Below, in pieces: positions 38,501 through 53,400 of a stretch of DNA of 64,000 nt; within the stretch, counting starts at the first letter, position 1, and the number at the start of each line of letters is the position of its first letter. The translations under genes and the position numbers were made by a program. Origin of the DNA: Kudoa neothunni (Eukaryota > Animalia > Cnidaria); assembly GCA_964304625.1 (NCBI GenBank), contig OZ199840.1, positions 7,477,168 through 7,541,167 on the forward strand, in the 5' to 3' direction. The notes beneath the pieces are model-generated. The model was not told where the DNA came from and did not search any database. It saw only the letters and a program-made list of their open reading frames with translations.

Positions 38501-39655
38501 ATGGTGAAAGTTCTGGTTTTCGCTCCTCTGAAATCGTATTAAAATTGGCAGGATCCATAAAGATCGGAAACAAACATCATTTTTATTATGATAATTAGTT
38601 TTTCACGCTATCACCGCATTCAATTCTACTGAAGATGGGCCATCATTGAACTGGTACAATAATACCGAATCGTCTTCGAAATTGTTCCATTAGTGATGAT
38701 AAGACGTTCAGAAAGCTAAAAAGAGGAAGTTATGAATATGCTTTACATTTTGACGGTTGTTATAAAACAAACATTGTATGTTGGTTAGATGGGTCAGCTG
38801 TAACAATGACATCAACGGCTCATTCTATTTTCCCCTTGAGCTCTATTGATAGATATGATCGAATGGCAAAGAAGGTTATAAAAATTGACTGCCCCAATAT
38901 AATTAAAATGAATAACCAAAATATGGGCGGTGTAGACTTTTTCGACATGTTAATAGCTCTGTATAGAACTTGACTACAAGTCCAAAAAGTGGTACAAGAG
39001 AATATTCTTGTAGGAGATAAACCTATGCATCCTTAACGTATGGCTCTTGTATAAACGCCAATGTTCTTTACACGAAATCCCAACAAGGAAACGCTTGTGT
39101 TTGTTAGATTTCAATGTTTCGGTGGGTGAGCGATTGATGCGTGAGAATCAAGTGGTAAGTGTTGCGAGTAAAAGGAGGAGGCCAACCACATCAGGTATCA
39201 CTACTATCCCTACGTCCAGTAGAATCTACAATCTACCAGAATCAAAAATAAATGCTATTGTAAGTTTCGACTAAATTTCCCACATACCTTCATGCACATC
39301 AACGAAAGCTAGATGTAAATTGTGCGGAACGCACTCTAGAGCTATGTGCATGGAATGTAAAGTTCATCTGTGCTTAAATATCAACAGAAATTTTTATTTA
39401 AATTTCCCCAAACAGAATTAGAAATATTTATTGTGATAAAAAGTGTCCAATGTGTGTAATTTGGAGCGCAAAGAAGTTTTCCTCATCTTCTGCGCGTGCG
39501 TGTTATTGTTTTTAGGATTTATGTTGTCTCCGAAGGTTGCCAAATGGCAACATTTAATTAGATATGGTCCTAATTAATTATTGCCAAAATTTTTATATAT
39601 GTTGATATTGCTAAAAAAATAAATTATTACAGTTTGATTTTCAGGCATGAAAGGG
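35584..39655 (+). mobile_element. piggyBac element with degenerate transposase (about 37684-39420)
   Basis: TTAA at 35580-83 and 39656-59. TIRs ACCTTTCAGGCCTGAAAATCA / TGATTTTCAGGCATGAAAGGG match 19/21. Motifs MPRDRFESI..HF, VDEQMIPFKGK..KYGPK, FYYDN, NMGGVD and C-terminal CKLC..CMECKVHLC; several stops. Confidence 0.92.
35795..36854 (+). mobile_element. hAT deletion derivative nested in the piggyBac
   Basis: Termini CAGGGTTGGCCA / TGGCCACCCTG. Subterminal TGGCTCGCGAGCCA is shared with 59648-60220. Dimerisation-domain relic YCCESIYSTIKFVKSKHR at about 36250-36300. Confidence 0.75.
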
Positions 39656-41549
39656 TTAAAGAGAATCTATACATAATAAGGTTTTGTACTGATCGGTGAG
39701 AATACAACCTGTTTATTATTCCGAAAGTATTGCATTATTTTGCATGTTATTAGCATAAAAAATTTCAAAATCTTCACCATTTTTTTATTATAAATAAGGT
39801 GGAATTATTAAATAAACTTGTTGAGAAACTAACTCTGAATATTCTTTGAGTAATTCATAAAACAACCTGTTGTTGTCGTATGGCGGCAATATTAGGTTTT
39901 AAAGGGTTAATAATTAATGGATGAATGAAATGATCTCCTTGGAGACACTTGATTGGTCTAATTACATATTGATCCGCAGATATTTTATTGTTTTCATAAT
40001 TAATCGACAATTAAAGTTTTTGTTGCATAATACGTTGTTTGTCAAAAATTCAATCAAATATTTTTGTCTATTTTTTCAACGTCAATATGAATCTGGAATC
40101 GTCTGAGATTAGGATAAAAATTGCGCATCTTAACTATGCAATAACAGCGAATACAATAGGACTGGTTTCTAATATTAAGTCAGCACATCCCTTCATTGTA
40201 TCAATTATTTAATCAATCACCTTAACCCATAAAGTATTCAAAATAATGATACCGAGTAATTTTGATATGCAAAGATGTAGTATCATTCGTCCAACAAAAG
40301 ATCTGAGGACCGTGCAATCGGAGATCAACGATACACGACGAAACTAAATGACATGTATTGCGGCTCAGCTGTTGACGATACCTCTAGAAAGCAGAATGAA
40401 ATAATTGAACAATTAATCAAGACTGTAACTTCGGGCAGTATAACCCTGAACCAAAAATTGAAACAACTGCATCGTGTGGATAACTATTTGATGAGTTGTA
40501 CAGTATGATTGTCATCTTTATTTTTACAGCTACAATTAATTTGAGAACTATTTTTAATCTCTGAATATTTACATTATATTGGATTTTATATAGATTATTT
40601 ATTTGGAAAAACACACAGATCGAATATGTAATATATTTTTCCCAACATTATACAGTATATTAGCCACCGCAATGTAACAATAAAAGAATTTTTGGCTGTA
40701 TTCATAATCCATGTTCTATGAAGGGCGAAGCCATTGCATTCAAAATATATGGAAGCGCTTAAATCCATTACTAAAAGCTTATGCTTGAAAACCAACTACA
40801 GCAGGTATATTACTATTATACAGTATAGGACGGATTTGTGATATTTCAATGTGGTTCGATTCAAAAACTGTTCTTTATACAAATTTTGTATGTAGTGGGT
40901 TTTTGGAAAATAGACTCCTCAAAAGTGGCGCTACCCATCCCAACAAAATTGTTTGGAATATGATATTTGATACGTTAATTGAGGTAATTGATGTGTGTAA
41001 AAAATGGTGCTCCCCAATTAATACGACACTCCGCGCGTAAATAGATATTGGATAATTATATCGATAATAAACGTTCAATATCAATTTCATTGGTATCTAA
41101 TTGCTTTTGTTAATTTACCAATTATAATTTATTATTCTTAGAATAATGTGGCATTGTTATGTACAACAATTGCTAGATTAATCAACAATGATAAAGGTGC
41201 TCGCTCTGTCGCTGTTATATTATTGTTATTGTTTGTGTTTAGATAGAGTAATTAAAATCTACAATGTATTAGTATTATTTTTGGAATTGGATCCTTCTCC
41301 ATTTGCGCATAAGTTTATTGTATGTTTATTTGTGTGTCAGATTAGTGATGGCAGCTATTTTCATCTCAATTTTTAGAATTATGCTGACGTCTCTATGAAG
41401 TTGTATTCGATGGAAATCATAAGAAAATCAAATAACAACGAATTAAAGATTCTTATTCGAAGTAAATTTACAAACTACCATCCATTCTATTAATTACTAT
41501 GATTCAAATATCTAATCGATGTCCTGTTTAGAATTCGTTTGGAAAATGT

Positions 41550-42640
41550 CTCTCTTTTTCAGCAATTACAGTGAATTTATCTCCTGTTCCATTGTCCAAC
41601 TTTATAATGACTCTTTGAATAATTTTCACAAATACCACAATACTGATTTATTCGAGTATCCATTGTTACCGCCAAGAGTGTTAATTATCCCTTAATAGGC
41701 TATTGTTGGTGTTTATCGATTCAATAAATGCTAATGGGAATGCCGTGTTTTTAGACACGATTTATCAGGTACCCAATTAAGTTGGTGCAAAAACGTGAAC
41801 CCAATTAAATTCTGTTGTTGTCTAGTGTTTGCTAACTGTATTGGATTTCATTTACAATCGAGTCGGCTATCCCGGAGAATTAGGCAACAAACATTCACTC
41901 CTATATCGCCGTATCTATAATTGCTAAATTTGGTCGAGTCTTAATGGGGCATATGGTTGCTTATAGACTTAAAATTGCTGAACAGTGTGCTTGGTTTCAG
42001 TTCTATTGGAGTCATGTGTCATGGACCGTTTTTTAATAATTTCTTCAATATTGATGATTCACTAAAGTGCTACGACTCTTCTGAGCTGGATCCCCACATT
42101 CTGTTAGCATACATGCAAGCTTGTAATAAGGTAGTAATTAAAGACTGTGGCTGTTTTCTATATTATGCGTAGATGTGCGCAATATTTCCGCATTACTTTT
42201 ACTCCCTCAATATTATGGATATGCATGCATATAATGCATGCTTCAATTTGATAACATCTCAAAATGTATGAATTATTTTATTGCAATTGGCGTTAATGCA
42301 TTCCGCGCCGTTTTGCAAGCACTTTTAATACACTTGCTGGCCTTTTTAAGGATACAACTTTTAATACATGCGTTGATTTGTTTGATAATTCTACTTCCAA
42401 TCCATTCGCTAGCTTTTTTAAGGATTCTACCTTTAACACACTCGCAAGCCTGTTTGAGAATTATATTTTAATGCACTCACTGACTTTTTTCAGGAATTTA
42501 CGTATTATTATTATTAAGAGTGTTTTAAAATATAATACTCACATCTTAATCTGTAAATAATCTAATGATGGCCATTTAGTTAGATTGGGTGCGCATTTAT
42601 TCGTCGCGCGTGTATTTCTTGCATAGTTTCTGCAATGATA
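41550..42640 (-). pseudogene. Possible Helitron/Helentron N-terminal (repeat + DUF6570-like) relic
   Basis: A 12-aa basic repeat is followed by CIIC, HMP, CCL..L, QQ..LIG, VFAPT and NNS.IK fragments, in the order seen in Helentron N-termini; very decayed. Confidence 0.35.
42321..42500. repeat. Degenerate 36-bp tandem repeat, about 5 units
   Basis: ACTTTTAATACACTTGCTGGCCTTTTTAAGGATACA-like units, contiguous, with no spacers. Confidence 0.85.
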
Positions 42641-42769
42641 ATTTTCACTCAGTGTCACTATAGTGAATATGTTTTTGTAGAGTGTTAAGGATGAAATGTT
42701 CCAGCTCACCGCCGTCCTCTTCATTGACAACAATCATAGTGCCATTAAATTTCTAAAGTTGGTTTGATT

Positions 42770-43907
42770 TTTGGGGCCGTTTTAACTATACTCATGATAG
42801 AAAATTGATGAGTTTAATCATTTGTGATGAGTACTTTGTAAACAATCAGCTGGGCCTCTTTGAAGAGGTTATACCAAAACTGGAAGTGTATTTCCAGGTG
42901 TTCAGCAAATTCTACACTGCAGGCGACACATTCTCAGTTTTAGTGAGACCTTCTTTGTGTTCCCATCAAAACATCAACAATTTTAGATCTATTCACAATT
43001 TGTTTCCCATATCATTGATTATTTCCAACTGAAATCTTTTCAGCTGTGGTCAACTATCAACGATGATTTGTACCAAGAAATAATTACTTACTTGATTGGA
43101 TCCTCAAATTTTTTCGAGTAAGTTTCTCATTGTAAAAATATTTGTATAGGCTCACCCCTAACCAAATAGCACGGATACATTATGTCGACTGAACACCTTT
43201 TTTGGCGAAATGATATGTCTTGAAGATGTGGTTTTTGAGACAGCGTAATTTATCTGCTGAAATCGGCTCCTTATTCTCGTGTTAATCGTACGGCATAGAT
43301 TACAACTGTTACATTGGTATAACGATAAGATATTGAATGTTGTGAAAGTTGATCGTCAACTCATCCAGCTTCCGCTTTGGACAAATGGAATTTTAATACT
43401 CCTCAATAAAAACAACTTTGACTGTGAACACCATGAGTTTTTACTGTCATTGTTGTTGAGTATTTTGAAACTTCGACCTACTCTTAAACAGAATTATTAT
43501 CTAAAGTAGTTGTATTATTTTTGTTGATGTTTAAACTAATTTTTTACTATCATTTGTAGGCTTTTCGATGAGATGATTGCGTCTTTTGTTTTTGAAAGTG
43601 CTTATATTAGCGAGTTGGCTACAGAAATTATCTCATTTATTCCTCTTCCAATAATTTGGAAGTAGTTCTTTAGCCCCCAGCCTCACTCAAATTTAACCTC
43701 TAATGGATTGAATTTCGTTGGGTTTGTGAAGTCATTTTAATGATTGAACATTTCAAAATAGATTTTAAATTTAGTCATTTTATCCTGAATTTCTTTTAAA
43801 TTATTAAAATTAATTTTTTTATAATATCATAGAGAAATGAATTTTTTGAACTTTAAACTACCAACGATATTCTTTTAATGGAGCGCCTTATGGTGATCCA
43901 ATAAGGG
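42770..43907 (-). mobile_element. piggyBac relic
   Basis: Terminus TTAA-CCCTTA on minus (43911-43902). Decayed fragments NYFQII..EIISVAN and IVNRSKIVDVL..AEHLEIHF. Confidence 0.45.
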
Positions 43908-44476
43908 TTAAATGTGCTTGAGGTTTAAGCGTATTATGTTATCTATGAATTGTAGAGCTGTGCACACTCACCAACATGTCGATGAGACTATAATCAGCCT
44001 GCGGAACAAAATCCTCAGAAAAACCTCCATTGTTCTACAGACTAAATACCTCAAAACAGTGGTATATAAAGCGACTGGATTAAGGTAGTTTCATGCGTTA
44101 ATGTTGTAAGACTATTTCTCATGTCATGTGTGATTAAAAAAATAATTATATTATTGGCGGTTATGATAACCACGATAATTGTGACTATAATTAACCTCCA
44201 CGCCATTTAAGGAATTTAAAATTTATTATATATTATTAGATCCACATGACTAATAAGATTTACTTTTTTTTAATTTAACGATTGACGTGATGTATATACG
44301 TGTGAATGGAACGTAGCGTTTTTAGCTACATTTCATTTTTGGCATCTAGATTGTGCCAAAAATCATGTGGAGTTAAATGTATTTTTACTAACACTACCAA
44401 ACAAATTTTTTAAACTTAATTTTTAATATTAAATTTGTAATAATTTTTTTATAGTAATTTCAATTATGCTCCTGAA

Positions 44477-47400
44477 ATGTTTGCGGACGATTCCGACCCA
44501 AACGAGTTTATCAAAAATGTATGTATTTTTTGTTTATTGTTTTGTATTTGTAGTACTCTACATTAGCATGTGAATCCTACCAAGTTTGAAGCTTTCATTA
44601 TTTATCTGTGGAAAAATGTTGCTCCTATTTTCAACCATCAAGGAATCAGCGATTTTATTCCCCGCATGCTTAACAACATCGAAAGTACTTTTTCAGTTTA
44701 GCATTTTTTTAATCAATTTGAGTCTATTTATTGTTAAGTCGTAATTTGAAGAAAATGTAGATAATGACCCCGTATGTCACATATTAATTTTATTATTTTA
44801 ATAGTTAGACTGAATAATTATAAGCTATCAGAAAATGCGTTTTTTTAATCTTATAATTATCTAGATTTACTATTGAAGTGGATCAAAAAGAAAAACTCAT
44901 CACCTGAAATTTGTATTTTATATTTTTATGTTAAAACACTAGTCAACCACGTAGATTTCCATCTTTGTATTGTTATCCAAACGATCGATTTCATGGAGCG
45001 AATATCTCAAAATATTAAGTTTGAGTCATTCACGTTAGATTATATGTCCAAGGTATTTTATAGCCTATTGTTTCGACTATGGGTTTACATTCTTTTCTTT
45101 TATTATACCTTATTGTATATTCTTGATTGGTGAATTTATTTTTTCATTTTCTAGTTGTTTGAAAAAGTAAGTGGAGAAGCTCTGCACCATATTGTGGATA
45201 GTTGGCTCGATAAAAATCGAAAATACTTGTTTATCTTATGCATACGCTACATGCTACACAAGAACGCGTTTTACTACTTTTCATGTTTAATTGAGAATGG
45301 CAGCAATTTGGATAGTGTTGAGCAAACCCAATCCTGTTCTCAGATCACTTGTGCTAGCAGCAATGACAAAGATCTACCATCTACTGGCTCATCAATCATT
45401 TCAAAACCTTCAACTTCTAGCTCCAGTTCCCACACCATTATCCTCAAAGACCAAACCATACATGAATTTGCTGCGATGCTTTTGAATAGTCTTATCAGTG
45501 TTAGTGACTCTGAATGTTTGGAAGAGTTGTTGGTTTTTCTCGAACCCAACTATCATCGTCATACGGCATCCAATCTTTCGCGCATTCTGCGACTGATCAA
45601 TGAAGACAAGTAATTTTTTACTCGACTTTATTGCTGGGCAATCTTAAAATAATTCCTACGAATATCTCGTGAATTAATGAATGGTTGCAACATTTCCCTA
45701 TAATATCCTTCCGCGCTCTATCGTTTTAGGATTTTATTTTTAATGTCAATTTTAATACGGAGCGATTGTACATAATATGACGAAAGGCAATGATTGCTAT
45801 GTTGAGTTTAACATTAAACGATGTTTGTTTTCCGCCAGTTATAAATCTGTTTGTTAGATGTAATCTATGAAATTAATTTAATTATATTCTATAGGTTAAT
45901 TAGTAGAATTATTTTAAGATAATTGAGGTTCGTTTTGTATACAATTCCTAAATCGACTAATTTTTTAAATTTATTCTTCCAAATATCGTGTATTGTGTCC
46001 ATGAGTTCAAATTAAATTATAGGGGTTTTCGAGCTTTAACGACAACTACCTATTTTTTAGGCTAAAAACTGGGTAAATTTTTTTTTCGAATAGTACAAAT
46101 AAAAAAACAAAATTGTAAGTTATTGTAATATTTATAGCAACGATTATATGTTCTCATTATTCTGAGATTACTTCTCTTCTGAGGCATTTCGCAACGTATC
46201 TTAGCAACTCCTTATAGTACCCAGAACAATCATCTGAGGCAACAGTATGGGAACCGTCATCAATTAATTTTAAAAGATCTGGCTCCTTTTTGGCTTCACC
46301 CCGGTCGCCACTATTCTTCCATTTGCTGAACACATTTTCATTAGGGTTGAAGAATGGGGAAGTAAGGAGATAAATACATCAAGGACAATTGTAATGTTTG
46401 TATGACTTCTTCAAGTCCTCGATAATGGTGTATCCTCGCGTTATCTAGAATAAAGCAAAGATCTTCTGCCCCATTCGTTTGACATTAACTTGAAAGCTTT
46501 ATAAGAAAAACTTTAAAGTCCTCCCCATTGACTGACCGATGATTAGTTTTATAAAAAATCATCCTGTCCTTATTCATTGATGTTGTTACTGATATATTTC
46601 TTGTTCTAACACCGGGAACAGAAATATATGCAGATGTCCCTGCGAAGGAACGACCAAACATTGTCCTACTTGAGACACTGAATCCAGCTTCGTCAATAAA
46701 GACAAAGTTTTGTATTATACTTTTGAGCATAAACAAGACGTTGGTCCAAGGTGCTATCACAATTTCTCCTTTGGGGGACAATTGTTACTGTTTTTAGCGA
46801 GTAATCGAATTCGTCTAGACACCCATTAATAATACTCACACTAACATTCTCGCTGCATTCATCCATCGGTTAGGGGCGCAATGCTTTCAGGGTAATCCTG
46901 GCTTCTTCATCTATCCAACTTTTTGCCATTGACGTTTGATTGTCACTAAGTTTTGTGGAATAATCTCCACCTCGTTTCTTAGATTTTACTTCCCCGCCAA
47001 TTAGATTTGATGAAACAATCGTGGCGACCGTAGCTCTTTAAGTCCTACATTCTCAACAATAAAGTGCTACTGTATCCTTTTTTGCTTTGCCTAATTATCA
47101 TTCGCTTTGTATCGTTTGATATTGTTTTCCTTTCATTTTTTCGGGTAGGAGGTTATTATTTGAGAATCTTTTGTGTTATCTTAGGGTTCAATCAACTAGA
47201 TATTCTCAAATAATGTTAATTATTTAACCATTCATCATATATTTAGTAATGTCAAGAGCGCCAGGATATATCAGTAACCCCTGTGGCGTCAATGCTTGAC
47301 ATGCTGTCGTTAATGTCTGATACGGTGTCGTTAAAGCTCGAAAAACCCTATAATTCAAACGGCAATAATTTTCAGTTTTTGTAGAAAAATTGGCGATACT

Positions 47401-50400
47401 GTTTTATCTCTTGTTACCATTTCCATAGAAACTTTACAATAGGCAATTATAATTGGATAATTATAAGAATAGTGAATGATATTTTTTGTGAGTTAGCTCA
47501 AGGGGTTTTTTCTGTTGAATTAGATAAATGTTATAGAAAATGAAATTTATGAAAAATTTTTTTCTTATTCTGAAAGGTTTTTTTGAGTTTTTGTTTAAAT
47601 TTAATGTTAAATCTTGAAACGCAATCGCAAAAAATTCTGGCGGTTTGTCCTCAAAACCCATATTTGTAAATTAGAGTTTATTTTTTAAAATATATCATCG
47701 TTAATTGCTTTTGACTTTTTAGAACGATGTGGTGAGCTAGATTAACAATTATAGTTTAAAATACACATCCCAGGGATGAAATCTATACGAACCAATCAAT
47801 AGCTCATTTTCTAACACTTTTACACGTACGCGCGCCGACTAAACAGATCGAATATTTTCGAAACAGATAAATATTTAAGGATCTATTCAGGCGTTTATTG
47901 TGTGGTTAGTAAGCGTTTTTCATAATTTGATACTATAAATGGACTTTTAATGATAAACTTTGGCGTCTAGATTAGGAACTGATAATTATTATCATAAATG
48001 ACGTTATTTACCGCGTGAGCTTAATACTTAATGAAACGCCGATTTATTAACGTTGTTTTTCTGTTTTTTTCTTGAAGGAATGTTTTTTATCTAAATTTTG
48101 TAGATGTCGAGAGTTTCACTGTGCATTTTTTTACGACTTTTCCGAGTTATGCAAACAAATATTTAGTTCGTTCAAATTAAAATTTGAGGACTTCAAAATT
48201 AAGGTTGCACAAATACATGAAATTTAACCAAGCCGACTAATTTTAACGCCGATTATAGTACCCAGTTTTTTGTTACATAAAGAATGTTTTTAAAGTCGAA
48301 CGAATAATTATTACTTTTTATAAATTACTAAGAACATTGTTAGAAGATTATATAGCTTACATGTGAAGTTTGTACCTCTACAAATATTATTCTTTCAGTA
48401 TTAATCACTTATTGAGTGTTCGTTTCCAAATTTATTCGTTTGACTCTTAATCTACTATCTTTAATTATAACTACCATGAATATTCATAGAATGTGTTTAA
48501 ATTTTTTCCTTCAAAATTGGTGTATTTTTTACAATTTTATTTTGGACTTAGGTTTATATTATTTATCGAAGAATTGTTGCGATGGAGAAGTGATATGTCT
48601 GCAGATGAAGCTTCATCTTTAATATCTTCATTGGCCATCGAAAGCGAAGTGCAAAGTGAAACTGCAACGATATCAGCTCCTTCTCCTAAGAAGATAACGC
48701 TTGCTAAAAATGCCGAAAATTCTCAAAAACCACCTTCTCATAACACCAAATCATCCAAGTTTAATCGAATCGACACAAAGTTACACCCACTGATAAACAC
48801 GCTACTTGACACTAACGTATCTATTGAATTAGTGTTGCTGTTAGAAATGTACACTATGTGTTGCTTATTTAGGCTGCAAATATATTTTTGAAGTATATTG
48901 ATCCGGGTTGCTTACTCGACGACTATTACCAAGAATTGGATAATCAGTTTGACCTCTGTAAAATAGATTTTAAGTCTCTTTACGAATGGCGATCCCCATC
49001 GAAAACAGAAACAACCAAGAAGATCTGGTCAATTAAGCCATTGCAATTCGACAATATTATTTTTGAAACATGCAACCTAAAAAATAATAACGAATTAGCC
49101 AAACGAAAAAGCGGGATTCAAGAGATTCTTCTAGGATCGGCAATTAATGATTATGGAAATCCAAACAACTTTACTATTGCACATCTTCTAATGCACAAGG
49201 ATATAGCCTCATCATTAGATTCTTGTCTATTGGAGTCTGTATTTTGGTGTATATGGTGACTATTATTAAATATCTTCTTTTAGAATATTCCTCATAATAC
49301 TCTAATGGATTATAACAAATTCAATTTGGACAAAATAAACTACATGTATCTTAAATGTTGCGCTGACCTAAAATTTTTAAAATTGGTCGACACATCCGCA
49401 GATCTAAAATTAAATGAATTTAATCATTCAGTTAACAGATGGATATTTGAGTTTTGCATTGAAAAAGAAATCCATTGTATTAATTGTATAAAATGTGATA
49501 ATGAGAATGTTATTGCTGTCGTTAACAAGAGTTACAAACTTTTCGATATTATTTTGTGTCCCGACCAAAAACAAGCCTTGTCCCAACTTTTCCATTTGAA
49601 AAGTCCGAATCAAGCGCTTGAAGCATCGTTAAAATTGAAATCATTCAGCTACTTCAATAAACTCATGTCTATGATACATCAAAACAGAATTGAACTAAAT
49701 AGTAAACAAGCGATTGATACGCTTAATTCTGCATGCGGAACAAAGGTAACTTTTGTGTTTGGAAACAGTATCTGTCTCTGCTTAGGTGTTCTCCGGGGTA
49801 GAGTGGTTCTTGTAAACCTATAACAACAATCTGCACAATCGTTTAAATTACCTATCTTTGCAATATTTATTTCATTAAAAACATTAAATTGGTTTATCGG
49901 ATTCGTTTTGTACATTAATATTAATTTAAACTCTAACCCCAATTTGGAGATTAGGCACAGATACTATCATTTGGCAACAATTTTTATCGCCATTAATTTT
50001 ACATAATGGATTTAAACGACTGTTACATCATTTAGGAGCATGAATGTGTTGTGGCTGATCTGGAGAAACTTGCTTATTTATCCGCGGATCACATGGCAAA
50101 GCTACATCAAACCAGCAGTATATATTTGTTAGGATTTGATCACATCACTCAATCCCAAAGTTCCCTATGGTTTAACTTGGCAACCTATTTAACTGGTCAG
50201 AATCCTTTGAATTTTTATAACACGAACGAGTATGTGAATAATATTTTGAGTTCACACGTTTACTACATAGTACTTTATCAAATTAAAGTTGATTCATTAA
50301 ATGTTGGGTCGATGTAGAGTAAAGTACATTTTTCCCGTTATCAATATTCTATTCAATGAATTAAACCATAAATATTTAAATCTCATATGAATTCGTTTGA

Positions 50401-53400
50401 TTGATATTTCAGAATTCATTTCATTGTAATTGTCTATAATTTTTTATCAAGAGAATTTGACTGGTTTTTCTTTAATTTATTTTTATTATACTTTTTCTCG
50501 CCTTTTGGGTATTCTGTGGAGTACTATGTGCGAAGTATAGAATTTTTTTTATTTTCACGTTCTGAAAAGTTTATAATTTTACTTAATTTATTCGTTTGTT
50601 TATTTTTTCCTTTAGTTATTTGTATACTATATAGTTTTGATTTGAAATCCATGATTTTCAATTATTTTGATGGATCTTCCAATTAATTATGAATTCCTTA
50701 CCAGAATTTAATCCAGTATCTTAACCTAATGTATAGAATTAACTCTTAGACAAGGTTTTTTAATTTTTGACTTCAGAGCTTCGAATGCGTAACAATGAGG
50801 CTCTCTATCAAAAATCTTTCCAACTTTTGCTCTACATCTATCTACTAAAATTACCTTTTATTTTTCGCTCACCTATAACACCTTTTACCTATGTTCAATT
50901 TAGGATAGTGTCTATCTATAAAACTAATTTTCCTGACTCAAATTTGGTTGGATCGCTTGGTGAAGCTCGTTTCAAGAAAATATTTGTCGACTTAAAAAGA
51001 CATCTTATTCACATTTCATTCGTTGATTATATGGCATCATCAATGGTGTTTAATGACAAAATAAAATTATTGTTGCCATTTTTTGTTGAAGGAAATTCCG
51101 ATGTGTTATCGTTTGTGGTTGGTTTGTTCACTGATACTCTGTCTATTCAACGAGTTGGTTTGTATGCATATTGTCAGTTTGTTCTATTGAGATCTGTGTC
51201 CAACAAATCTATTCCCTCACTTGTATTATCGACTATCATAAACTTATTGGTTAGTCAATGTAATTGTGCTAATGCAGTCGAACCTACTACGGGAAATAGA
51301 GATACACTGCCAAAATACATTGCAACTCTAAAAATGATTCCTGCCCACATGTGGAAGGGTAACATATTTGAATCTTAAAATCGCCTTTTCACACAGACAT
51401 CGGTTTTAATTTAGACAATTTGGATGAAATAATAAATGTGATGGTTCATTTCAAAAACAGTATTCCACATGTTGACGACTCACTAAAAGTTGGTGGTAAT
51501 GCACTTTTGGATGCAATATTAACCATATTTGAAAATATTGTATACAAATTCGTCACTGACTACCCACATGATGTGGTTCTTTGTTTGCTCTCCAAGATAC
51601 TTTCGGTGGATTATTTCAATAGTTCGTCTGGAAAAAATTCGCCCGGATTTAAATATGTTAAATCTCTGTTGAAGGTCCTTTCAGAAAAATACAATGCATT
51701 ATTTGACGAATATATCACCTTTTACAATTCTGTCATCGAATTAGCGCCTTCTGTTGGTGAACAGTGCTACGAATATTTCAAAAGTATTGAGAGTGAGCTT
51801 GAAAGGGTAGACGCGTTCTACGAAGAACTGGTTGAACAACTGGAAGCTAATAGTACAAATTTTAACTATGATACCAGCAAAAGTCAGCTTGAAGGGTTTC
51901 GTCTGCTACTTTGGATGCCTACCATCAACCATCTCAAAAAACTGATGGATTATTATTCTAATATGCAAAATAACGGATCTAGTCTATCAAAGAATCGATC
52001 CCAGTTGCTTTCTTCAATACACGTTCATTTTTCCCAATTGAAGAAAATTGTAGCTTCCATGTATCGCCATAATGGTTCCTCTGCTGGGGGTAATGAGGAT
52101 ATGACGATCTCCTCAACACTGAAATATACACTTGATCAATTGCACGAAGTAACTCATACTGTTAAGCATGAATCAACTTCTAACTTTCATTTTAATTTTA
52201 GCTGATTTCGTCAGCTAACAATTTCGTTACTAAAAGGTTATCGAAATGTTCGCTTGCCAACTTTTGTCCCAAATTAGCTCAAACTACTTTCAGTCAATTA
52301 CGAATCGCATCGAAAAACAATTCACTTGGATACGTAATTACTGCAAATCATATAAAACAGTTACGATGGATTAATTTTAATCTATTGAACAATGGAAAAA
52401 TTTATCCATTTCATTGTCATCAATTATTTTAATTAACAACTTACAACCTCTCCATCTATATCCGTAATATTTCCTCGTTAATCATTAATTTAGATTCAAG
52501 TCACTGGCGTACATGATTCCTTCAAAGTACTGGGATCAAAAACAAAACCCAAACAAATGAAATTTTTAACATCAAATGGTCAGGTGATAACCTATCTAAT
52601 TAAAGGTGGGGAAAATATCAATGCGGATAAACATGTGGCATCAATTATGCAAGGAATTTGTGATTTGGATAAATTTATGTAATCAATTATCATGTGTGCA
52701 CTTTCAATTGTAATTATATTTCATTTAGAAATAGAGAAAAACGCTTGTTTCGGTTGAATCGTTACCAAATTATTCCTGTTGGAAATAATTGTGGATTAAT
52801 CGAATATTTGACCAATATCTCTCCTGTCTATATGCTTTACAACAAATGTTTAGAATCGAAACGTTCTCACCAACTGTTATATTCTAGCGATTCATCTTCC
52901 TCAAAGTCCAATTTCTCTCCAAATATTTCACTTAAAGGTGGCAGCAATATATCAAACTCATGTGATGAATCTTCATCAATTCTAAATCAATCCTATGTAC
53001 CTAAAGGTTTGTACGGTAGAAAATTGCTTGAGGTGACCAGACGTCACAATGAAAATATTGATCTCGGCGACAGATTAAATATTCCTGTTTCGATTTTGAA
53101 GGAGGTGTACAATGAAATGTGTCATGAATTTCCCGATAATCTCATTCAAAAGTAAGTTGTTATATGTGTAATATGTGTGTGGTTGTTAGATTGATTACAT
53201 GTTGTATATGGAATTCTTTATAGGGAACTATTTATTGCATCTAACAGTGCTAGTCAATATGTGAATTCACAGCGATTGTTCACCAGGTCGTGCGCTACTA
53301 TGAACATTCTTGGATATATTGTTGGTCTGGGAGATCGTCATCTTGGAAATATTCTCCTCAACTTCGCCGGCGGTTTCGTTTCTCACATCGATTACAATGT

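Noticed and set aside
42321-42500. CRISPR array (36-bp period)
   Set aside because: Units are contiguous and degenerate with no unique spacers; no cas genes; eukaryotic context.
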